In this document: piece after piece, positions 50,653 through 62,207 of the stretch
Layout: every line of letters begins with the position of its first letter
Position numbering within the stretch: position 1 is the first letter of the stretch
Assembly (NCBI RefSeq): GCF_009914755.1
Contig: NC_060942.1
Reading direction: 5' to 3' (one strand)
Origin: the human T2T-CHM13v2.0 reference genome, Homo sapiens
DNA length: 64,000 nucleotides
Position numbers and translations under genes: made by a program
Notes under the pieces: model-generated
Databases searched by the model: none
Told to the model about the DNA's origin: nothing
The model's input: only the letters and a program-made list of their open reading frames with translations

Positions 50653-50923
50653 TTTTGTTTTTTTAGAGATAAGGTCTCACTCTGTTGTCTAGGCTGGAGA
50701 GCAGTGGTGCGATCACAACTCACTGCAACCAGTAATTCCCGGGCTCAAGCCGTCCTTCTGTGTAGGGAGGTCTGCAGGCACTCCCCACAATGCCCAGCTA
50801 ACTTTATTTTTTGTTGAGATGGAGTCTCGCTATGTTTCCCAGACTTGTCTTGAACTCAAGCGATCCTCTCACCTCAGCTTCCCAAAGTGCTGAGATTACA
50901 GACATGAGCCACCATGCCCAGAC
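50653..50923 (-). mobile_element. Degraded AluJ
   Basis: Reverse Alu with gggctcaagc and gtctcgctatgtt plus internal deletions. Confidence 0.88.
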
Positions 50924-52253
50924 TGGAACCAGAGCATACTTCTGTCCAGGTCAAAAGCTTGAATCTGGAGTAATGGCTTCAGGGAGAGGAGCTGGCTCTC
51001 TTTCATGATTTTCTACCTTTTGTTTCTGATTTTAAGACCATGTGCATGCATCCCATGTTACACACAGTCTTTCTACATGATGGTATGACTTAAAACTAGA
51101 TTATGCAGCACAGACAAGGTGTTTCTTGATTTTGCCATTAAGCCAAAGGTCCTCTGAGTAACCAAAATAGCTATATTGTATTGACTGGTTATGTTGTCCC
51201 CATTCGCCTTTGAGTCACTAGTCCCAAGAAGCAGGGAGGCCAGAGGACTTGAGATAAAAGGATGAACTCTAGTATAGAACAGGCCAACACTGGCTAACTC
51301 TTAAGGACTCAAAAGGCAGATCTGTTGAATGTTCATGGGCTACTTGACTCTCTTCTCTCCCTATTACATGAGAGATTTTATGTGAGAAGGTGGTTGAGAA
51401 AGGGTCCCATAGTCCAGCAGGGGTTACCAGCCTCCTCCAGCCAGACAGGACAACCCCGTGGAGACAAAAGAAGGGGTAGGTTCCAGAGTGCAGGTCATGG
51501 CCCTTCTCCCCTTGCCTAGCCACTACCTGCAAATGTACTCAGAATGTAGTCAGACCGCAGGTCTCTGACAGAATGCTCCATTTTCTGGAGAGAATAAAGC
51601 AGCAGACCTGAAGTAAGCCAAGAACTGGTTTTGCCACTTAGTTGTCAGGGGACATGATTCCTTAGATTTCTCTCATTCTAACATTCATTGTATTCTTCCC
51701 CCAACAACTTGCTAGACAGGCATGTATGTGTCCTTCATGTTTCAACATGTAAATTGAAAATGTGACCCATTCCACATGAATAATGAGACATATGGTGGTA
51801 AATAATCTCAGAATTTGGAACACTTTTTTCTTGAAATTACATTTTAAAAACACTTTGACAAGGAGAAACACAGATTGCTCAGTGCTCAAATGACTAAAAG
51901 TTTAAAAGACCATATGGGTCCTTAGCTCTCTTGGGAGGGAAGGAGTTGAATTTGATGGCACATTTTAATAGATACATTATAGTCAAGGCTATGAAACTGC
52001 CCCAAGACCTACATCTTTGGCTTTTGCTGTCTCTTCCAGTTGTGTTTGTGAACAGGTGTCATGTTCCATCTCTGCTCCATAAGCCCAGGTCCAGTGTCAT
52101 AATTCAGGAATTTGGTTGTGTTAGAGCCTTAGATTTCTATTTCAGGAAAATTAAGACAATGACTTGAAGAAAGCCATGCAGTTTCCTTAGAAAAAAATGG
52201 TTATGGAGATATTATACAGTGGAAGTCTTCAGTGCTGCTCAGAACGTGCAGAA

Positions 52254-52514
52254 GTTTAAAATAAATGCTGCCATATCACATAAGAATGCCAACAACCCTG
52301 GGGTCTTTACATTGCATAAAAGAGGGTCAATGTTACAGTCACAGTTGAAACATCCTGAAGAAACAGACCGATTCCATTTCATAAATCTAAGAGGTTTAAA
52401 ATAAATGCTGCCATACCACATAAGAATGCCAACAGCCCTGGGGTCTTTATATTGCATAAAAGAAGGTCAATGTTACAGTCACAGTTGAAACATCCTGAAG
52501 AAACAGACCAATTC
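52254..52514. repeat. Two-copy tandem duplication, period 140 bp
   Basis: 52254-52374 versus 52394-52514 differ at 5 positions by hand alignment. Confidence 0.95.
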
Positions 52515-53529
52515 TGTTTGTTATAAATGAAGTCTCACCTTGGCACTAAACCCACAGCTCAGGAGATTGGGGGTGTCACAGAAAGTGCCGGAGGGAAGCT
52601 GTGCTATATGTAGCTTTGATAACAAAGCACACTTTACAGATCTCAGAGCTTTCAGATTCTCATCTTTTTCAGGATTCGTGCAGAAGAGGGTATCTAGGTC
52701 TCAGCTCTGCAAGCTCCCATGTCAGCCTTAACGGGGCCCAGGACCTCTGTTCCTCCTTCCTGATATCCAGCCTCCAGCTTGGTTCCTGCCGTGCATGACA
52801 CCTTGGCTGACCTACCTGCTGTGGCATTGTCATGGGCTGCTTTGGGAAATGCATGAAATACAGACAAGGTGTCTTGTCCTCAATGAGCCCCTGAGATCTC
52901 AGCAGAGCCAAATTGGAGTTGTAGACAAATCCTGGGGTTCTCAGGGCCCAGCTGTGTTTTGTCTTCCAGGAGTGATTAAAGTGGAGGCCATGATTGAGTA
53001 CAGAGTGCGAGGAGGACTCCAATCAGCAGGACAGGGGAAAGTGACCTGCAGTAACATATGCCTCCTCAGCATTCTTTCCTGCAGATGACTAATGAACGCT
53101 CTGGGAGTGACCTTAATCAGATGTGCTGTAATTACTTATTGAATGTGATCCAGCTGCAGAAGACAAAGGGTTATGCAATATTAAAGGCAGCTGGAAGCAG
53201 AGTCCCCGCAGCAGGGCACAAGTAGAAGGGCAGGCAATGACCTGTGTGACCGAATTTAATTAAAAGGGTGCTTTTCTGCTCAGAGAACCAGGTATTATTA
53301 GTAGGATAAAATCAGTTCTGAAATTAACAATTATTTGGAAAAAAAATCAATACATTGTCATAGTAACTCTTCCAACCCACACTGAGGTTTTTTGTTCCCA
53401 CTGAAGTGGAAATGTCCAAGGAAAGAGGTATTCCGTACAAGTCAATTTTATGAATAGTTTAAGGTTAAAATAGACAAAGCTGTTTGCATTGTTTATGGGA
53501 ATATTTATACATTTTCAAACTCTGCTGCA

Positions 53530-54036
53530 TTTGTGCTGCATCAGCCCAGCTAAGCTGGAATTGTATTTCTCAGAATTCCCAGCCCTGCCATGTTTCACAT
53601 TAGTGCTGGCCACCAGGGGTATCTTGTGTGTGATTTGGAAGATGATATACAGCAGCAACCTGGTTTGCACCCTCTCAAGGTCAGTGTAGGGCACCAGGTG
53701 CAGCTCACAGGCCAGCAGCTGGGCCCCAATCCCTCTAACTCCCACTGAGCTCAACTTCTCTGCATCCCAGGCCAGCATGTGAAGCTCCCAGCAGAGGACT
53801 CCAGCTTCCCATGCATGTCACAGGCAATGTGGAAGTTAGAGGCCTAGAGCCTCTGGGAGACTGGCATGGATGCTAGCTTGTCCTCCAGATTTGAGCTCAT
53901 CCTTGATTTTCCCCACTGTGAGTTCATCTTTCTTCTCCAAATACCAGCCCTGCTGATTTGAGGGTCGGCACCCACACAACTGCATGAGCATCCCTCATCA
54001 CTCAGTTTCTGCTTGTCTGATTCCCTAACTGATACA
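53530..54036 (+). mobile_element. LTR33-like ancient ERVL LTR
   Basis: ttgtatttctcagaattccc, ggccaccagggg, and end tctgcttgtctgattccctaactgataca. Confidence 0.55.
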
Positions 54037-54041
54037 CATAC

Positions 54042-54547
54042 TGAGGCAGGGAACTTCAGGCCGATTCTCACTGACTTCCTAGAACTGAGTCAAAAGGAAA
54101 ACCCCACCTCTCCACACCCAAGTAACAGAAGGATCAGGGGCTACTCCCTTTGCAATCCCCCCATTTCCACTGTGTTGCAGATGAGAAATACGAAGTACCT
54201 CTGATTGGTCCCCTCCTGCAACCAGTCAGACGTTTGCATAGGGTGTAGTAACTTTTTAACTTCACTTCAGCCTCTGTTTGATCATAGGCCACTACTTCAT
54301 TTATATGGGGTATAACCAAGTAACCAATGGGGAACTTCTAGGGGGGATTTAAACCCCAGAAAAGTCTGTAACCAGTGCTCAAGCCACTTGCTTGAGCCTG
54401 CTCCCACTCTGTGGAGTGTACTTTCTTTTCAATAAATCTATGCTTTCGCTGCTTCGTTCTTTCATTGCTTTGTGCGTTTTGTCCAATTCTTTGTTCAAAA
54501 CACCAAGAACCTGGACCACTCTTAGTCAAGACCCTCCGCTGGTAACA
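54042..54547 (+). mobile_element. MER51-family solo LTR (ERV1)
   Basis: tgaggcagggaac...ctgacttcctagaact...aataaa...ggtaaca; perfect 4-bp TSD atac (54038-54041, 54548-54551). Confidence 0.88.
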
Positions 54548-55055
54548 ATACCTTTATTAAACTACGCATGGATATAAAGTTTTGTTTTTGATGACCATGT
54601 CACTATCATAACCACTCCTGCATTTCAAAGACATAACATGGTAAGTGTGGGGAAGAGAAACCCCTAAAACTCCCCGGAGGTGGAGCCGAAGACTGCTTTC
54701 TATTTGGTGACTCACGTGTATCTTATGTCTCCTTTCTAAGGGATTGTCAAGGCCCCTTTCTTAACATCATTCGCAATTCGCTAGCTGAAGTAAAGCAAGA
54801 TCACTTGGCTTATGGAATCAGGGAACATAATTTTACACAGAAACTGAAGTCCACTTTGAAATAAAGCATGAACACAGTTTCTCTCAATTCAGCAGTCTTC
54901 TAGTTAGTTGAGGTTGTTGAAAGTGTGACTTCAGAAGAACAGGACTCCTTGCACAATGCTATTCAGCTGCACAAAATGGTGAAAGTCAAAGAATGCAGAG
55001 ACTAGATTATGAGAGCTTTCAGATTCACTCATGAATGCTTAAATCTGTAAAGTAC

Positions 55056-55664
55056 CATAAGGTACATGGATGTACTTTGGTCAAGGAATAGGCTGAGGCA
55101 GATGTCCAGCCAGAGTGACTCAGTGAGTTTAGAGCACATGTGTATAACTCCACTTGTTATCACAGCCATGTAGCCACAACATGGGAGGACCATCTCTTGG
55201 TTCTACACCACTATTGCCTGTAAAAGGTATAACTGCCCTGCTGATGCTGTACAGGGGCTCTTGGGGCTTGGCTTGGCTCAATATGGTTTGACATGGCGGG
55301 CATGCTGGTGCCCAGAGAACGAGAGAGCCAAAGCTGTCCATCTTGCAAATGGAGAGGAAGGAGCCAGGATACAGCTTAGCTTGCTTGTGCCCAGAGAAAG
55401 AGTTAAGCTGCTGACCCTGAAGGCAAGGAAGAGCTGACTGCACAGCTGTGTATGGGGGTGGCCAGCTCCAGCAGCCAAGACAGGGTGGACAGTGGGAGAG
55501 TAAACTGGTGATGAGAAAGCTAGTTTGAGAAAGCTGTTGAAGAGAGCTACTGCTGAATAAAATCACGTTTCACCTGCCTACGGCCCCCTAAGTGCTCTTT
55601 CTGTTCATCCACTCACTCCCCTCGGACTTCAGCATGGGCTGGACCTGGACCCCGGGATCTGACA
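55056..55664 (+). repeat. 5' LTR of the provirus
   Basis: Collinear with 58052-58675; AP-1 TGACTCA at 55116-55122, AATAAA near 55556, ends in gaca; the first dinucleotide reads CA rather than TG. Confidence 0.92.
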
Positions 55665-55666
55665 AT

Positions 55667-55684
55667 TGGTGATGAGGATGGGAT
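55667..55684 (+). other. Primer-binding site complementary to tRNA-Ser(GCU)
   Basis: tggtgatgaggatgggat versus the expected tggcgacgaggatgggat; both mismatches are CpG-to-TpG decay. Confidence 0.85.
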
Positions 55685-55759
55685 GAGGTGAGTGGGTCTT
55701 CAGTCCCTGAGGGCTCCTAGGTTAGCTGTGTGGCTGCAGCATGGGCTATGGTACTCAGT

Positions 55760-57840
55760 GGCAGTGGTGCTGCTTGGATGAGCCCCAGTGGAAATATGGG
55801 AGGCAGTAGATGGGGTCTCCTGCAAGTGTGGAGATGGCGCTGAAGCATCTGGAAGTGCACAGCAACAAGCTGCGTTTACTGGCTGAGTTGGATGGGTGTT
55901 TCTGACTGCACTGTGGGAAGTGCATGTCCAGTCCCTGCAGGATGCAGCACAGGGAAGAAGAAAAACCTCTGTTGCAGGCTTACCCAGTGATCTGTCAGAA
56001 AATAGAGCATAAGCAGCTCTTGGGCCCCACAGGTGGACCCAGAGGCCCCCTACTGTGGTGGAGCATACTTCCTGTGGTGCCCGTGCCCCACCAAGTTGTG
56101 GGAGTTAAGCAAGTAATGTCGGCAGTCATGTACAGAGTTAGTGCAAGTCATTCGGAAGAAGGACATTGCTGCGCAACCCAGTCCCATCCAAGCATTCCGG
56201 TTCAAAGAATACCTGTTACAGCTGGCGGAAGCATAAAGCCTCTTGTGTTTAATAACAGAACTGGCCAAGGTCCTTGGCTTGGGGGACTCCAAATAACCAA
56301 AGACCACGTGTGGACTTGGGAATCTACTGGTCCCTGAACCTAGATAAGTTTCTGGGCAGAGCTGCATTTATTAACAGCTATGAAGGCCAGTCAGTGGAAG
56401 TGAAACCTGTGTCTCTGCGTCTTGGCATCAGCCATTTAGTTCTCTGCCTATGCACTGTGCATGTCTCTCCCATGCCTGAAGATATTCTGGGGGTGGATGT
56501 TTCACACGGCTTGGCAGCTGTACTCTCTGTCATGGACTTGATGGACCGCTGGACAATGCAACCGGGACAGTCCACCAAGAGCCAGGAACGGTTTGCCTTC
56601 ATGGGAGGGTGACAATGGACTTTCACAGTGTTGCTGCAGGGCTATATGCATAGCCCTACCATATGTCATGGTCTTACTGATATTATGCTAACCTCTGATT
56701 CTCTTGCAGGTTTAGAAGCAGCAGTGCCCCTCTTGCCTGGGAGTTGGGATGACAAGGCTGGAACAGCCTTTCTGGTAGCCAGACTATATAGCAGGCACAA
56801 GCCCTACAGGTAGTTAGCCAGGGATGCCCATTTGAAGTGGATGTGCATGTAACCACAGATAGTTTTGGCTAGGGCCTATTGCAGTGCATGGGTATGCCCA
56901 TAGGCTTTTGGTCCCACCTGTGGAAGGGAGCTGAACTCCAGTATTCCTTAATAAAAAAGCAGTTAGCATCATTCTCAGCAAACTAACACGGGAACAGGAA
57001 ACTAAACACCGCATGTTCTCACTCATAAGTGGGAGTTGAACAATAAGAACACACGGACACAGGAAGGGGAACATCACACACCGGGGCCTGTCAGTGGGTG
57101 GGAGACAAGGGGAGGGAGAGCATTAGGACAAATACCTAATGCATGCGGGGCTTAAAACCTAGATGATGGGTTGAGGGGTGCAGCAAACCACCATGGCACA
57201 TGTATACCTATGTAACAAACCTGCACGTTCTGCACACGTATCCCATAACTTAAAAAGAAAAAAAGACCTACATGGGATTAAACAAAACAAAAACAAAAGC
57301 AGGGTGTGTTCATGAGTAACCACTCCCTGGACTGGAAAAGCAGTTAGTAACTGCATATGCTGCCCTTCTGGCTCATAAGAGTGTGGCAGGGCGGGTTACA
57401 GTTGTCACGTGGACAACTTACCCAATAGCAGGATGGGTGTGTTGATGGATAACGACTCCCCGGACAGGGACGGCACAGACATCCACTTCAGTGAAGTGGG
57501 GCACCTACTTAGAGCAGTGAAGCATACTAAAGTACAAGTCCCTTAGCAGCAGAGTTACAAAAAGTCTTGAGACCTGTAGTCCTAATGCAAGATAAGGCCA
57601 TGGGGCCTAAGGCACTCCTAGACCCTGAGCCTTCACTGATAGGAAGAGCGTCCCCCCATTCCAAATGGGACATGGTGCACAGATGGGCCTGCTGGTGTGG
57701 TCCAGCCTAGTACTGACACCATATGGTTTAAAACCAAGTGGAAACAGAGTACTGAATGAGCTAAGCTCAGGGCAGTGTAAATGATAATCACCAAAAGGGT
57801 AACTCCTATGGTAATCTGCGCCAATAGCTGGGCAGTTTAT
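55760..57840 (+). pseudogene. Fragmented gag-pro-pol remnants of the ERV (non-coding)
   Basis: gag-like LQAYPVICQKIEHKQ; protease-like VSPMPEDILGVDV; RT-like FAF...QWTFTVLLQGYMHSPTICHGL-TDIML; tether WDDKAGTAF; RNase H-like WCTDG; multiple stops and deletions; no integrase or env recognised. Confidence 0.8.
56967..57298 (+). mobile_element. 5'-truncated L1PA7-like 3' end inserted in the ERV
   Basis: catcattctcagcaaactaacac...gcattaggacaaatacctaatgcatgcggggcttaaaacctagatga; TSD aaaagcagttag at 56955-56966 and 57336-57347. Confidence 0.93.
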
Positions 57841-57859
57841 CAAAGCTCATGTATGTAAT

Positions 57860-58030
57860 GGGCCTGTGTACCCAAAAGCTTAGTTATGTATCAGGCCTGC
57901 ATGCCCAAAGCTTATGTGTCAGGTTTATATGTCAAGCCTATGTGTATGTATTGGGCCTGCATGCCCAAAATTACGTCAGGCCTGTGTGCAAAACCTGTAT
58001 ATCAAACCTGTGTGTCCAAACCCTATGTCT
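57860..58030 (+). repeat. Degenerate tandem array (tcaggcctgcatgcccaaagcttatgtg-like units) before the PPT
   Basis: ggcctgcatgcccaaa occurs twice exactly, with several degenerate copies. Confidence 0.7.
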
Positions 58031-58040
58031 CCCTCAGCCT

Positions 58041-58051
58041 AGGGGGTGGAG
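58041..58051 (+). other. Polypurine tract of the provirus
   Basis: agggggtggag immediately before the 3' LTR start tgtaag. Confidence 0.85.
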
Positions 58052-58675
58052 TGTAAGTTACATGGACGTGCTTTGGTCAAGGAATAGACCGAGGCAGACA
58101 TCCGGCCACAGTGACTCAGTGAGTTTAGAGTGCAGGCGTGTAACTCCACTTGTTATCACAGCCATGTAGCCATAACATGGGAAGGCCATCCCTTAGCCCT
58201 ATGCCACTATTGTCTGTAAAAGGTATAACTGCCCTGCTGACACTGTACAGGTGCTCTTGGGCTCTTGGGGCTTGGCTTGGCTCAGCTAAACATGGTTTGG
58301 CATGGCGGGCATGCTAGCGCCCAGAGTAAGAGAGTGGAATGGAAGGTACATCTGCAAGACTGACAGGAGGGAGCAAGGACACAGCTTGGCTTGCTCATGC
58401 CCAGAGAAAGAGTTAAGCTGCTGACCCTGAAGGCAAGGGAGAGCCGGCTGTGCAGCTGTGTGTGAGGGCGGCCAGCTCAAGCAGCCGAGACAGGGTGGAT
58501 GGTGTGAGAGTAAGCTCCTGCTGAGAAAGCTACTTTGAGAAAGCTGTTGAAGAGAGCTGCTGCTGGATAATATCATGTTTTACCTGCCTATTGCCCCCTG
58601 AGGTGTTCTTTCTGCTCACCCACCCTCTCCCCTCAGACTTCAGCAGGAGCTGGATCTGAATCCCCAGATCTAACA
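58052..58675 (+). repeat. 3' LTR of the provirus
   Basis: tgtaag...taaca; AP-1 TGACTCA at 58112-58118; poly-A signal mutated (gataat). Confidence 0.92.
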
Positions 58676-60289
58676 AGTACGTAGGCAGAGAAGATAGGTC
58701 TAGGTTTAAGCCAAGGTCATGATTTGTAAACTTGAGTTATTTATTGACTGCTTTAAATAATACTTACACATAAAGATAAGTTAAAACAGTGAAATTCTAT
58801 CAAAAATCCATTACCTCCCTTAGTCCTTTTAGTATGGTCTTTCATGCATGTGTGTATATACATACATGCAAACACACAAGCTGACTGGCTAGGCATGAAC
58901 ACCTGACCCACAGAAAAACCAATCCATTGGTAAACCAGGAACCAATCAGAACCTATCTTTTTAGATTATTAACTAAGAAATTTAGCAATGTGAATCAGAA
59001 TTAAAGAGGAGGGTAATCCTCTCCCACCACAGACAAACTGGTACACTTCAGAGACTAGAAAATCAACCAGCTGCACAGAGAGAGGCAGAGACAACAGACC
59101 TTGTGGCTCCAGAGAGGTGGAGAAATGACATAATGTGGGCCCACATGGGAACTGATTTCCTACACTCCATCTCCATGTCAGTCCCCTGATCTTTTCAATA
59201 ATAAACCTGCTTTCTACCCGAGTTACTTTGAGGGGATGTGCACACGCGTACGTTCTGGCCGGAATCCAGGTGTTTTTCCCATCCACACAGTACACTTTTG
59301 TTACCTGTTACTCCCTGGCCCATCCTAGTTCTGGCTGGGGTCAAGACTACCTCATGAACTACTGGCACACCCCCTCATCTGGGGTCACTGAAAATTCCCT
59401 GAGCACTCAGCTGTCCCTAATTCAGTGGCCTTCATGCAGGGGGTGTGGAAAGCCTCCCTCACATGTTGTGGCCACATGTGTCTCTATGTCCTCTGTGCCA
59501 TCACTGAGCCTGTGGCCAGGCCGCCTTAGAGGTTTCGATCTCGTTTGTTTCAGTTCTCTTGTTTGTTTCCCAGTTTGAGTGGTGGTGTTCAGGGAATGGA
59601 CTCTTCCATATAAGTCACGGATTGCTTAAGCCCAAAACAGAGACAAGACTGTTGGCATGTTTATGAGTTTATGTATTTTTGTTCTCTGATGAAATCTGTA
59701 TCCACGATTAGACTAGGACGACAGAAGAGAGCAATGCAACCCTTACAACCCCACCAGGTGGGTGAGCTGCCCAGAACATCAAATGGCAACTGCAGAGGTA
59801 AAGGTACAGGTCCAGGCATGGACTGAGCGAGAGACACAAGATGGAATGTTGTCTTGTTTCCAATATAAAACCCCAACTCTGCTTGTTAGAATACATGTGG
59901 ATGGGGGTTGGGGGGAAGAATAGAACAAATCTGCTAAAAATAAGCACAATCAGTTTTTCTTGATTTTTTAAAATACTATTTGTTTGCTACTTGTGCATTC
60001 ATTTGGCCATCTGGCCAACATTTGGAAGCAGACTATCAGTAGCAAGCATCCAGGGTATTTACGAAATTATAGAAAAATTGAAGTAAAAATTCAGCCATAT
60101 TTTTTTCTGTGAATCAGGAAGATAACATCACTATTTGATTCTGGCTGTGGGCCTACTCAGACAGGCTCAAAGGGCACCAGAGGCTGAGAAGCAGTAGACC
60201 CTACAGGGCAAGGCCCCTGCTGGTATAAGTGGATCAGCTTCAGTGGACGCCTGGAAGCTCAGCACCAGGGCTATGATTCCAGTCACCAA

Positions 60290-60720
60290 GTCTTTGTTGA
60301 ATGCCTACTAGCAACACAGAATTCTCATGCCACTGAGGTCATAAAAGATGATCAGAAGCCAGTTCTTCCCAACAAAGGAACTTAGGATTTACAAGTCAGT
60401 AAAACATGTGCAACATTTCCAGAAATGTACCAGAGTTGTTCGTGATCATAACCCCAAATCATTGGTACCTCGATGTTTAGAGGGGAAACAGCATTGGCTG
60501 GGCAAGCTGGGGCAGGGAACGTGATGAACAGTGGGCTGGAATAAGTTAACTGGAGGAGGGGAGGCGTCTCAGGAAGGGAGAATAGCATGAACAGCAGCAT
60601 AGACGTGAGAATAACCATCTGGAGTGATGAACCTATGCTGAGTAGAAAGTTCCAGAAGGCTGCATAAGGGAGGTGTGTGAACAGCAGAAGCAGGACAAAC
60701 CTGAGATGGTGAGACATTCT
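60290..60720 (-). mobile_element. Degraded L2 fragment
   Basis: tttgttgaatgcctacta...aaaagatga...aaggaactta is the reverse of the L2 3' region. Confidence 0.5.
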
Positions 60721-60829
60721 TCCCAGGGCAATCTGACTCTAGGAGCCACATAAAGACAATCTTTATAACTATCAGCAGCTTAAAGCCTGATTTCCTCTTA
60801 ACTCTAAAACTTTCCTTTCGAAAGTGTTT

Positions 60830-61140
60830 CATTTATATTTACAAGTTTAATACAAAGTTACACAAAATTCATATTTTATAGAAATGCATAAAGAATGAAG
60901 GGTAAATTCCTCTTTAATCCTATCTAGACAATCGTCATTTGACATAATTCTCTCAACTTTATACTTCCTATGCACTAATTATATAAATGAGATCACAAAA
61001 TGAGATACTATATATATACACACACACATATAAACACTGTGTTTTTACTTTGTATATTGAATATTTTCCATTGTCAGTACATAGAGCTGCATATTATTTC
61101 ATCATATGACTAGATCATGGTCATTAAACCATTTCTATAC
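60830..61140 (-). mobile_element. Old L1ME-like 3' fragment
   Basis: aaatgagatcac...atattttccattgtcagtacatagagctgc...attaaaccatttc. Confidence 0.45.
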
Positions 61141-61229
61141 TAGTATATTTAATGAGAAAACTAGAAACAACCTAAATATATGACAATGTCTTCAGTACTT
61201 TCTTTGTACCCTTCAGAAGGTATCTATTA

Positions 61230-61370
61230 CTAACTGGCTTGTATTTCACTGATCTTACCAACTATTTTATGAAGTCTTTGGGATTCGTGTGAAACATCTA
61301 TGTCTTTCATAGCATCTGGCACAGTCTTCCGGACAGAGGGTGTGTTCAAATACTGCAGCTGGAATGAAGA
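61230..61370 (+). mobile_element. L2 3' end fragment
   Basis: tagcatctggcacagtcttccggacagagggtgtgttcaaatact...gaatgaa. Confidence 0.45.
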
Positions 61371-62207
61371 CGATGAACACTGAGGCCATATGAGGTTGGC
61401 TGGGGAAAGGAGAAACTGAAGACCATTGAGAAAGGCTGATCATTTGCTAATGCAGGGTCAAAGTGATGACAGCCTGGCCTTGGTCCATGGTGGTAGAAGT
61501 AGAACATAAAGAATAGATCTAGGAGGGATTTAAAGGCCATCAACAGGGGGACTGCAAAGTATATGTTCAAGCATCAGTCACATGAATCTCAGCTAAAACC
61601 CATAAACATGATGGCTTGGAAAATCCAGCGTGATCACTGCAACAGAACTGAGTAGTCAGCCTTGTTCCCTTGCTCATGATGGGCTTGGCTAACACAAGCC
61701 CCTGAGGGAGAAAGGTGAGCACAGGGGAGAACAGACAGTGAGGTAGAGGCAAGGGCCACCCTTCAGGGGAGCACGAGGAGTCCACTCTGGAGTCTGTCAT
61801 GCTTGTGGTCTTCTTGGTTAACTCTGAGTGTCAAAAATGTAGGTAGGTAGAGGAGGGAGGGAGGAAGGGGAGTAGAAAAGAGAATGACCAGGGCTGGGGT
61901 TTAGTCAGATGAAGGCTGTCAGAGTTCTAGGAAGTGTTTTGTTCAGAACAGGGCTCCAACCAATGGCACAGGACTGGGGATCAAGGTCTGGCCCTCAATG
62001 AAGAGCATCAGAGAAGGGCTGCAAAGGGCTGTGTTGGGTCCACAGCAAGAAAGATGTGGTACGAGGTAGACAAAGGGCTGTCACTCAGGCTGGGTAACCA
62101 GGGGCGAGGGGCAGGCTGGGCCACAATGTCCATAACTCACTCTCTACAGCCCAGCCCCACACCTGGCCCCACTGAGGCCTACTGCACATAGTGCCTGACC
62201 TTAGAAT

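Larger units (their letters stand above)
55056..58675 (+). mobile_element. Two-LTR internally deleted ERVL-class provirus (LTR18B/LTR32 group; HERV-S/HERVL18-HERVL32 related)
   Basis: Direct LTRs 55056-55664 and 58052-58675, 5-bp TSD agtac (55051-55055, 58676-58680), PBS, PPT and gag/pro/RT/RNase H remnants. Confidence 0.92.

Noticed and set aside
52254-52514. CRISPR-like or array interpretation of the direct repeats here and at 57860-58030
   Set aside because: Only two long copies or contiguous degenerate units, no spacers, no cas genes, eukaryotic context.
55667-55684. tRNA gene
   Set aside because: Only 18 nt complementary to a tRNA 3' end including CCA; this is a retroviral PBS.
55129-58576. 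Paralogous-looking ORFs at 55129-55566 and 58286-58576
   Set aside because: They are antisense translations of the two LTRs of the same provirus, not a gene pair.
60003-60018. Second NFI palindrome ttggccatctggccaa
   Set aside because: The spacer is 6 nt rather than the required 5.
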